The position numbers were made by a program, and so were the translations under genes. The notes beneath the pieces were generated by a model. It saw nothing but the letters and a program-made list of their open reading frames with translations. It made no database searches and was not told the origin of the DNA. This document shows, one piece after another, positions 44,845 through 53,047 of a DNA stretch of 64,000 bases. Positions within the stretch are counted from its first letter, which is position 1, and each line of letters starts with the position of its first letter. The DNA is from Sedimentisphaerales bacterium (GTDB lineage Bacteria; Planctomycetota; Phycisphaerae; Sedimentisphaerales; SM23-30): assembly GCA_963666285.1 (NCBI GenBank), contig OY762711.1. One strand, given 5' to 3'.

Positions 44845-45960
44845 ATGAATATAATTAAAGTAATAGCAGTTTTAATTTGTTTTCATTATTCTTGTTGGAG
44901 TCAAGCAATTCAATTAGAAGATGTTGATTCTTTGTTTGAAAATATTGGTAATAAGGTTGCGATTTCAACTAAGTTTCCTATTAAAGAGGAACTTAAAAGG
45001 CTCAGTGAGTATTATCCAGACCTTGTTGTTCAAGAGAAAGTAATGAATAATGTTTCTGGATATTTGTGTTATTTAGGAATTATTTACTCTCTTGATAAGC
45101 ATGGAATCAATGGGGGAACTTTACGTGAATGCAACAAAGATTTATGGCCGAATCTTGGCTTTGAAATAAGTGATGAATTTTCTCTCTTTGGTGACTATGA
45201 TATCGAATTGTCCATGGGGATTAAATCAAAAGCTATTGTGCCAAGTTTCAAAAATAACTGTGGCAATAATACTGCCGAATATACTCGCATGTTAAACGCT
45301 TATCTTATTGATGTTTACAAAGGAAGATCATGTATTGACTTTTGGAATAAATATATATCCAGGAATCATAATAGCATCGATGATTGGAGGGTTGATGGTT
45401 TACCTGAGTATGATATATCTCTTTGTTATGCTTGTTTTATCGGAAAAATAGATTTAGTAGAAAAAATTCTAAATAAGGGAGCTAAACCTGAAGATTACAT
45501 GCTAAACCGTTATGATTATATTCCTTTTTCAATTCAAATAGCCGCCCAAAAAGGATTTGATGAAATATTGGCTTTACTTCTTAATAAAACACCATCGAAT
45601 GTTCTGGAAAACCATAAAATAAAATATATTGATTTTACATACTTGAATAATAGGATATCCTTTTCTCCAGTCATTTCCGCAGCTGCAAATGGAAACTTAA
45701 GCTGTCTTGAAGTTTTAAGTGATTTTGGTTTTTACTTAAATATAAAAAATACTTTTGGAAATACAGCACTACATCGTGCTGTTAGAATGAATCGGAAAGA
45801 GGTTGTGAAATATTTAATAGATAATGATCTAGATCCACTTGAAAAAAATATGAAAGGTGAAACATCAATAGATATTGCTAAAAAATATAATGTCGATGGT
45901 GAAATACTTGAGATGTTGATTGGTTCGAGAGTGCAGTTGAAGGAGTCCACATCCGATTAG
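44845..45960 (+). CDS. Secreted ankyrin-repeat protein, possible immunity protein
   Basis: Signal peptide; ankyrin motifs GNTALHRAV, GETSIDIAK and SAAANGNLSCLEVL; AT-rich; AAGGA RBS. Confidence 0.85.
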   Translation: MNIIKVIAVLICFHYSCWSQAIQLEDVDSLFENIGNKVAISTKFPIKEELKRLSEYYPDLVVQEKVMNNVSGYLCYLGIIYSLDKHGINGGTLRECNKDLWPNLGFEISDEFSLFGDYDIELSMGIKSKAIVPSFKNNCGNNTAEYTRMLNAYLIDVYKGRSCIDFWNKYISRNHNSIDDWRVDGLPEYDISLCYACFIGKIDLVEKILNKGAKPEDYMLNRYDYIPFSIQIAAQKGFDEILALLLNKTPSNVLENHKIKYIDFTYLNNRISFSPVISAAANGNLSCLEVLSDFGFYLNIKNTFGNTALHRAVRMNRKEVVKYLIDNDLDPLEKNMKGETSIDIAKKYNVDGEILEMLIGSRVQLKESTSD

Positions 45961-45981
45961 GCGTAAATTTGGCTATCATAA

Positions 45982-46329
45982 GAGACCAAAACCCGTTATT
46001 ATTATAATGGCCGGCAGCTGCTGCTTGAGGAAGTTAAGGATTCAGCGGATGTTGTATCAGGCCGAGAATATGTTTCCGGTAATGACTTGGATGATGCTTG
46101 TACAGAGGCAAAGGCATATGCGGCATCTAGTCAATGTTTATCTTACGTTGCGGAAAAATATCGTAGTTCGCGCCCTATAAATGCCCGTTTATCATCGGAG
46201 GAGCAGGGAGTATACGATGAATTAATGCGTGCTTCTATGGATGATTTTCAAGCCGCCGTTAACAATAAACAGAAATGTGAATTATATCAATTAAATCCTG
46301 ATTTGGTGGAGCCTTTAAAATCGAGGTAA
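45982..46329 (+). pseudogene. Orphan Rhs-core fragment fused to a toxin-like C-terminal tip
   Basis: In-frame TRYYYNGRQLLLEE..GREYVSGNDLDD then ACTEAKAYAASSQCL, which resembles ACSEAGAFDASYQCL near 48210. Confidence 0.7.
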
Positions 46330-46334
46330 ACATA

Positions 46335-47198
46335 ATGTCATATTTTAAATTGCTAATAACAATATTGTTTTGTATTGAAGTATTTTTTTTAGAGGGGTGT
46401 AGTGTATCCAATTTTTACAGTAAAGCTGAATTTGAAATTGTATTAGCTAAATATCATAGTTTAATTGACAATGAAATTAGTGTAAGTAAAATTAGTGGAA
46501 ATTGGGATAGCGACTTTATTATATTAAATAATAAAAAAAATGTGGATTCACCTTCAACGAGAGGGATTTTCAGCATAGAAATTATTCCTGATATAGATGT
46601 TTTTTGCAATGGGTGTAAAAATGCTTGTGTTAATAATATTAAACTATGTATATGGGAAAATGGAGATGTATTCTGGAGTAACCGAACAAATACATTTTAC
46701 ACTAATATTGGCAAAGAAGTAGTTAGTCTGTGGCATGAATGTTTAGATAAGAAAAAACTCTTTTCTGGTAAATTTTCATCAATACAGTATTATGGGGATA
46801 AAATCAACAATAACTTTCTTCACTTTTATAGAATTTCCATACGTAATAGTAATGAATTTGTATCTATTGGTTTGGTTTGTGAATGGTGGAATGATACATT
46901 TTTTACCGGCAATATGAAGACTCATAAAACTGAATTTGTTTACGATAATGATATAAAATGGAATAATATTATATCATTTTTGAATTCCATTAATTTGAAT
47001 GAGCAAGATGTTTATGTTTTAGATAATGATAAAGATTTTTGGATAAAAAATGTTGCATTTTATAATTTATTGCCATATCCAATGTTTTGGATAAATCCAA
47101 AATTAAATAGTGGATATTGTAAATGGAATGAGGCTGTTGAGCGAAAATGGCTTGATAATCAATTGAGTTTTGAGCTAAGCAGGCAATTTCCGCAATAG
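46335..47198 (+). CDS. Putative lipoprotein, probable immunity protein (paralog of 48506-49390)
   Basis: Lipobox-like LEGC; shares CIWENGDVFW, R(I/V)SIR..F(V/I)S and NLLPYP with the paralog. Confidence 0.7.
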   Translation: MSYFKLLITILFCIEVFFLEGCSVSNFYSKAEFEIVLAKYHSLIDNEISVSKISGNWDSDFIILNNKKNVDSPSTRGIFSIEIIPDIDVFCNGCKNACVNNIKLCIWENGDVFWSNRTNTFYTNIGKEVVSLWHECLDKKKLFSGKFSSIQYYGDKINNNFLHFYRISIRNSNEFVSIGLVCEWWNDTFFTGNMKTHKTEFVYDNDIKWNNIISFLNSINLNEQDVYVLDNDKDFWIKNVAFYNLLPYPMFWINPKLNSGYCKWNEAVERKWLDNQLSFELSRQFPQ

Positions 47199-47254
47199 GC
47201 AAATAAGTATCCGACTGTAAATAATTGCATTTTAATTGATTTAGATCCAGAAAT

Positions 47255-48405
47255 TTGGTTAAAAATAATGTTTACGATAACTTTCTGGATGAGGTTCTGT
47301 TACATAGGGCTACTGACGGAACTGAAGTCAGGTATTACCTGCACGATCATTTGAACAGTCCGGCAGCGTTAGCTGAATGTACAGAAGAGCATGAACAACA
47401 CCATGTAAGTGATGAAGGAAGATATATGAGAGCGCCAAGCGAAGCTAATGTAGTCAAGCCGGCCAATCCGGCATGGGTAAGGGCTAGCCACCCGCCCATT
47501 ACAGCACCGGGCGTGCAGAGAGGTAACGAACTGTACGAAGCCCCGGGAAAGGAGTTTGTCAGCCACAACGCAAGTGAAGGTGTTGAGCCCCGAAATTATT
47601 CCTTATCGCATCCGGGCCAGGGTTTTCATATGCCTGAAGCCAATATCGATATATGCGAAATACGGCGAGCATCTATCGACGAGCCGGGGTCTGAGTCCGT
47701 AGCGGGCAAACGAACTGACTGCATTGGAACTTGGGAGAACCGAAGTGCTCCGAAAGGAAGCGGCCAAGGAGCTGAAACCGTGACGCGGCCGTATGGCATT
47801 TTGGTAGTCGGACTGACTCATAGTAGAGGAGTAAACAGGGTAATGCCTGTTGAGTTTCGAAGTTTGAGGCACTCGAAGGGGTCAGCATTAATGTGTAAAG
47901 GCGAAACAGGATATTGGCCAGGCACTGAACTGGAAGAAACCATGAACGTTCCACAGCGTCTTCTATCGGAGACTTCTACAAGGCACATTACTTTGCCTTA
48001 TGTAGCCGTCAAAGTGAGCATTAATGAAGAGCCGGATGAGGGAAATCTTCAAGTCCGGTTCAGTGAGGGGCATGCGTTTCCTTGCACAAAATATAATGAA
48101 ACTCAGAATTTGTTAAATTAATGAAAGGAGGCGACATGCCTACTCGACACTGTTTAGGCCAAGACCCGAACCCAAGAAAAGGAAATAATAGGGAAAGAGC
48201 GTATTCAGACGCATGTTCTGAGGCAGGAGCATTCGATGCGAGTTATCAATGCCTCATGAAAAATGCTGTACTTGCAAGAGAGCTAGGAATTAGCGATGAG
48301 GTAATAGAACGTTTGGAAGCTCAAGCAAATCTAGATTCTAAACAAAGTAGTAGGCAAGCAACAAGATGTAGGCAGATGGGAGAAAGATATGGTTATAACT
48401 GGTGA
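47255..48405 (+). pseudogene. Orphan Rhs-core fragment plus HExxH toxin-like tip, split by a group II intron (exons 47255-47429 and 48149-48405)
   Basis: YDNFLDEVL..RYYLHDHLNSPAAL (Rhs core) then HEQHH; the exons join in frame to give 143 aa (..EGRYM-N-CLGQDPNP..). Confidence 0.72.
47430..48148 (+). ncRNA. ORF-less group II intron, IIB-like, 719 nt
   Basis: Domain V gAGCcggatgagggaaatcttcaagtccggttc (48029-48061); domain VI with bulged A48142 and 3' end ctcgAC; DI basal pairings ccaag/cttgg and aatgtagtca/tgactgcatt; EBS1 tcatat (47626-47631) pairs with exon end atatga; no reverse transcriptase ORF in DIV. Confidence 0.9.
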
Positions 48406-48505
48406 GAATTGTACTTGATTTTTCTACTCATGTTTTTGGATATGGAAATATGAAAACTTGAACATTAAACATAAGTACGGCAAGCTAAGGAATTAATAAT
48501 AAATT

Positions 48506-49390
48506 ATGAAATATATCATTGTGGCTACATTTAGTATTATTTTATTATCTGGTTGCAACAAGCCAGAAACAATGCAATTGTTATCAGAGTATCAGAGTGC
48601 CTTTTCTCCAGATTATTGTTCAGCAATTAAGTTAGACTTGACATATTTTGATAACCAATCGCTAATTCAAATGGCTTCAGAGTCAAAAATACCAAATATT
48701 AAATATTATGATTTTTTTGCGTTGGAAATATTGGACAAACATAACTCAAAATCCCCAAATAAAATACCTAATTTAGACAAGTTACTCTTACCAGACACGA
48801 GGGTACCTTCTAATTTAGACAAGTTGCTCTTACCTGACACAAGGGCGATTATCGAGATTGCAGTTAACTGTAGTAACCATTGTTACAATCATTGCAGTTG
48901 CAATGGTTCTGTCGGTTGGCCAAGAGTTTGCATATGGGAGAATGGGGATGTATTTTGGAATCTCAATCGTTATGTTTTTTATTTTAAATTAGAAAGAGAA
49001 ATAGTTAATAAATTTCACAAAATAATTCAATCATCGAATTTATTTGACAAATGCAATAAGGATTTATTTGTTTATTGCGATGAGAAATTTCCTGACTCAT
49101 TTTACAATAGAGTTTCAATAAGGTTGGATGATAAATTTATATCTTTGTGTTCCTTCTCTTCTTGGTGGAAAAACGGTTTCTTTTCTCCGAATCTCTATAA
49201 AGATTGTTATTACATAAGCAAGCCAGAAGTTGATATCTTATATGATTTGGGAGAAATTTTAGCTGACATAGATTTGTCAAAATATGAGGTTTATGTATTA
49301 TATTTAGATAATCAAAAAAGTTTTTGGTGGGATAAAATAGGTTCGCGAAACTTATTACCATACCCAACTATTACGTGTCTTACTCAATAA
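48506..49390 (+). CDS. Putative lipoprotein, probable immunity protein
   Basis: Lipobox LSGC; paralog of 46335-47198; contains a 42 bp tandem duplication. Confidence 0.72.
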   Translation: MKYIIVATFSIILLSGCNKPETMQLLSEYQSAFSPDYCSAIKLDLTYFDNQSLIQMASESKIPNIKYYDFFALEILDKHNSKSPNKIPNLDKLLLPDTRVPSNLDKLLLPDTRAIIEIAVNCSNHCYNHCSCNGSVGWPRVCIWENGDVFWNLNRYVFYFKLEREIVNKFHKIIQSSNLFDKCNKDLFVYCDEKFPDSFYNRVSIRLDDKFISLCSFSSWWKNGFFSPNLYKDCYYISKPEVDILYDLGEILADIDLSKYEVYVLYLDNQKSFWWDKIGSRNLLPYPTITCLTQ

Positions 49391-49481
49391 TGTGTGTCAC
49401 GAAGGTAAGTGAAGGGTGCGGGGATATAAGAATGAGGGTATGGCGGGTTGCGGTGGTAGTGCGGCGGGGAGGGGATTTTGC

Positions 49482-49844
49482 GAAATTTGGCGTAAGTTGT
49501 TATTTTTGGAGATTGGGCGGACCAGACAGGTGCCGCTATGCGACAAGTGAAGAGTGAAGAATGAAGAGTGATGAGTTGCGGTGTCCGCATTCGCGGACGA
49601 CTTATTTTAAAGCTGGCGCAGGAGTAAAGTTCAATCAAAATTGCGGCACCTGAACTCTGAGAAGAGTTAGAAGAAAGAAGCGAGAAGTGAGAAGTGAGAG
49701 TTTTAAACCGGTTCGTTCAGGACATGGGTAACGGTTGAGTGTCAATACATAGGTAAAATAGCTTATGTTTTTGAAATAATACTATCAAGACAAAAGACAT
49801 TGCAGTACAATAGCAAACTTAGTGCCAAACAGGTTTGGGATGGC
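49482..49844 (+). repeat. Direct repeat B (~360 bp)
   Basis: Similar to 43975-44312. Confidence 0.9.
49811..49828 (-). promoter_or_regulatory. Sigma-54 (-24/-12) promoter motif in repeat B
   Basis: Same TTGGCAC-TAAGT-TTGCTA as in repeat A. Confidence 0.6.
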
Positions 49845-49880
49845 TCACTTTGAATCCTTTCTTTTGGCAGTGCTGTTTGG

Positions 49881-51005
49881 TTAAAATGGAATTTCATTAT
49901 CTACTATTGGTTCATCGTAGCGTTTGATTGAATCAAGTCGTGTTTGCAAATTAGCAATAAAGATTTTTTGTTTTTCAAGTGAAGAAGTTTTTAATAGGTG
50001 TAGAAAAGATTTGATTTGGTTAACCGGAAACTTTGAGTTTCTTTCAAAATAATATCTACCATCTACAAAGCATCTTACAATATGTGGGGAATAAGGGACG
50101 TATTCTTCTAAGATCATTTTTCGGTACGCATCTTCGAGTTTTTTTAATATTTGAGGTATATCATCATAGTATTTTGCTCCTTTTTCAATTCTTGATATAC
50201 AACATAATAGAGAATCAGCGAAAAATCTATAAGATAATTTCTCATTTTCATTGAAATCAATTTCTAAAAACATATTGCTATTAATACTCTTTTCAATGTC
50301 GAAAAAACTTTGTATTCTTGTGGCGTCATCTTTGTTACACATTTGTAGGAGTAATTTATTATATACAAAGGATTCTATATTGTTTTCAATAATAATTTGT
50401 TGGAATAATTTACCAATGAAATATATTTCAGTAGTGAAATCGTATAGAGCTGAATCAAATTCGTTTGGAGGTTCGCACCATGAATTCACACTTGTACTTT
50501 TATAATAATCTGTTATTTCTGTGATTTTTTTACTAAAGCCAAAATCAATTATTTTAACATTTCCATCAAATGTGATCATGATATTTGATCTGCGTATATC
50601 GCGGTGTAGAATTTTATTTTTTTCCAGGTGACTAAAACCGTCTATAACTTGAATGAAAATTTCATTAATTCTTTCTGGATTTTCACTAAGATAAGCTTCG
50701 AAGTCATCGCCGTCAATATGTTCCATAAGAATAAATCCAGCACACTGATCTGGATATAAAAAATAATTGAATACTCTAACAATATTAGTATGGTAAATCT
50801 GATGTAGTAATTTAATTTCTTGTCTAAATTTATTAAAAAGTAGTATTTTTTCTTCTTCGTTACTTGGTTGAAACTTTTTGCATACAAATCTTTCTTCAAT
50901 TAATGGATCATAAAGGAGGACTGTTTTACCGCATGCACCTTGCCCTAACTCTTTTATAAGTTCGAAGTCTTTAGCTCGTGTAAACTTGATTATATCATTT
51001 TCCAT
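49881..51005 (-). CDS. Hanks-type Ser/Thr protein kinase, AT-rich
   Basis: LGQGACG, VCKK, HRDIRRSNIMI and DFG motifs; ends DNEIPF. Confidence 0.9.
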   Translation of the reverse strand: MENDIIKFTRAKDFELIKELGQGACGKTVLLYDPLIEERFVCKKFQPSNEEEKILLFNKFRQEIKLLHQIYHTNIVRVFNYFLYPDQCAGFILMEHIDGDDFEAYLSENPERINEIFIQVIDGFSHLEKNKILHRDIRRSNIMITFDGNVKIIDFGFSKKITEITDYYKSTSVNSWCEPPNEFDSALYDFTTEIYFIGKLFQQIIIENNIESFVYNKLLLQMCNKDDATRIQSFFDIEKSINSNMFLEIDFNENEKLSYRFFADSLLCCISRIEKGAKYYDDIPQILKKLEDAYRKMILEEYVPYSPHIVRCFVDGRYYFERNSKFPVNQIKSFLHLLKTSSLEKQKIFIANLQTRLDSIKRYDEPIVDNEIPF

Positions 51006-51040
51006 TTTATGTCCTAAGTCTCATGAAAATATTTGTTGAG

Positions 51041-51403
51041 TTATCCGCCGGCGAGTTTGACCTTGTAGCCAAGAGCTTCGAGTTCGGATTTGAGCCTGTC
51101 GCGGTTGTCGCCCTGGATCTCGATCGTACCGTTTTTGCATGTTCCGCCGGTTCCGCATTTGGTTTTGAGCCTGGTGGCGAGCTGTTTGAGTTCAGCTTCG
51201 GGTAGGGGGATGCCGGTGATAATGGATACGCCTTTGCCTTTGCGGCCCTTGGTTTGTCGGGCGATGCGTACAATGCCGTCAGTGGCGGGTATAAGCTTCG
51301 ATCCGGCCTTGCAAGAGCATTTGTCTTTTGGTTGGCCGCAGTCGGGGCACATTGTGCCGTGGTCGGTAGAATATACTAGTCCTGAGTTGTTGTTTCTGTT
51401 CAT
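51041..51403 (-). CDS. yciH: Translation initiation factor SUI1 family protein
   Basis: LVYSTD, KGRKGKGVSII, LKTKCGTGGT and IEIQGD. Confidence 0.92.
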   Translation of the reverse strand: MNRNNNSGLVYSTDHGTMCPDCGQPKDKCSCKAGSKLIPATDGIVRIARQTKGRKGKGVSIITGIPLPEAELKQLATRLKTKCGTGGTCKNGTIEIQGDNRDRLKSELEALGYKVKLAGG

Positions 51404-51642
51404 TTGCGATATTTTAATGGAAATTGAGATATATGGCTACCTCAAAAATTTCATTTTGGGCCAGGGGCAGACGTCGATAATTCAGTAGTGAAGCAGGGGT
51501 GGTGTGTTTTTTGCGGAGAGGCTTGATGGTGAATATATGTCATGGAAAGATTTTGGCCGGTGAAGATTGCAGGGGGGAAAAGAAAAGGCGAATATGCGGT
51601 TTGCACATTCGCCTGTGGATATAATTAAAACTGGTGTAAGAG

Positions 51643-52506
51643 TTATTTCCATTCCTGTATATCGGGCATAAAGGTTTGGGCCCATCCGCTATTGGCAAGC
51701 TGCCTGATGCTGTCGCCAGATGAAAATGTTCTGACGCTAGCGTCAAGGTAGCCGGCGTTAAGTTGTATTTTTTGCAGGGTCGTTTCGTTATCTATATCGT
51801 TTATAGTTCCTGCGCCGGTAGATCCTGCATAATAAGGAAAACCGTCGATTATCTGCTTACTGGCACCTTTGAAATTATGAGTACTGTACCATGTGTTTTT
51901 CGGGCTTAAAGCGCCAGAGAAATTGAAAGAATCGGATACCAGAAGTTGATTTTTTGAGTTTTTGCCAGGCCCTTTGAACGGTTTGGACGGCAATCTGGAA
52001 TCCGGATCATTATCAGAATTTATGGCAGGTAAGTCAGCAAACCTGTTATAGTTCCAGAATAAATTGTATGAGCAGTAAAAGTCATCACTTATATTGTTGA
52101 ACCAGTCATCGATATTCTCATATATTTCCTGGTAAGTATATTCCACACCGCCAAGATTCTTTGTCATAGAAGAATCAAAACCTGATACCGGGCACATGAA
52201 AATGCTTACATCCTGAAGGTATTTACCCAGATATTTGAATTGATAAGTATCGCCAGAAGCTTTATTTCTTGCCAGCAGGCACGGTCGAGCTGCATTAGAG
52301 GATGATGGCGGGAGGGTGTCACTATTGTCGGCGGCATAAGTGCTGACACCAATAACCAGTTGGTGAATGTTACTGGAGCATACAACCATCTTTGCCTGTT
52401 GGCGAGCCTTGCTTAATGCCGGCATAAGGATAGAAACCAATAGTGCGATAATAGAAATAACTACCAGCAGTTCGATAAGGGTAAAAGCCTTGTTTACTTT
52501 TTTCAT
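51643..52506 (-). CDS. Prepilin-type cleavage/methylation domain protein
   Basis: AFTLIELLVVISIIALLVSILMPAL; shares FWNY, GPG, LL..D and LNA.Y...SV with 22910-23818. Confidence 0.88.
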   Translation of the reverse strand: MKKVNKAFTLIELLVVISIIALLVSILMPALSKARQQAKMVVCSSNIHQLVIGVSTYAADNSDTLPPSSSNAARPCLLARNKASGDTYQFKYLGKYLQDVSIFMCPVSGFDSSMTKNLGGVEYTYQEIYENIDDWFNNISDDFYCSYNLFWNYNRFADLPAINSDNDPDSRLPSKPFKGPGKNSKNQLLVSDSFNFSGALSPKNTWYSTHNFKGASKQIIDGFPYYAGSTGAGTINDIDNETTLQKIQLNAGYLDASVRTFSSGDSIRQLANSGWAQTFMPDIQEWK

Positions 52507-53047
52507 ATGCCATTCCTCCATGGAAGCAGGGTTTATATTAAACAATTATTAATAATACCCCCTCAGATATAATTAAGGCTGCTTTTACGATTTTATAGTT
52601 TTTATTTGTTATGTAGTGTTTGTGGCTCTTTATGTTAAAATAATGTATTTAATAGTTATATTTTCTTAATGTCAATGATAGCTTATATTTATGGTAAAAA
52701 ACAATAGACATAAGTAATGGGATGATGGATATTCGTGTTGAATTGAGCGGAGTTTCAGACTTTGCGTGGTCATTTATTGATAACAATACATATAATGTGT
52801 GATTTTCTCCGATTGCCCGGAATGATAATGTAATCATTTATACCATGCTCAAACGGGCATTTTTAACTGTTATAGGAATAATCAAATATCAGAATATCAT
52901 TTGAAGTGTTTTGGCAATTGCACTTCAAACATAAATTGTGCATAATATCCATTAAACTTATGGGCAGCAAGGCTATTTTCTGTAACAGAAAAATTAAAGT
53001 CATTCAGCTGCCTTATGCTATATGGTAATAATATGTGAGTAATAATA

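Noticed and set aside
47409..47413. Alternative intron 5' end at gtgat
   Set aside because: It would also splice in frame, but the domain I pairings and EBS1-IBS1 complementarity support 47430.
47255..48121. 288 aa ORF as an intron-encoded reverse transcriptase or ordinary protein
   Set aside because: It has no RT motifs such as YADD, and most of it is ribozyme sequence. The open frame is reported as a finding instead.
52613..52640. dif site (ttatgttaaa arm)
   Set aside because: Only a XerD-like half is present, with no XerC-like arm at the right spacing.
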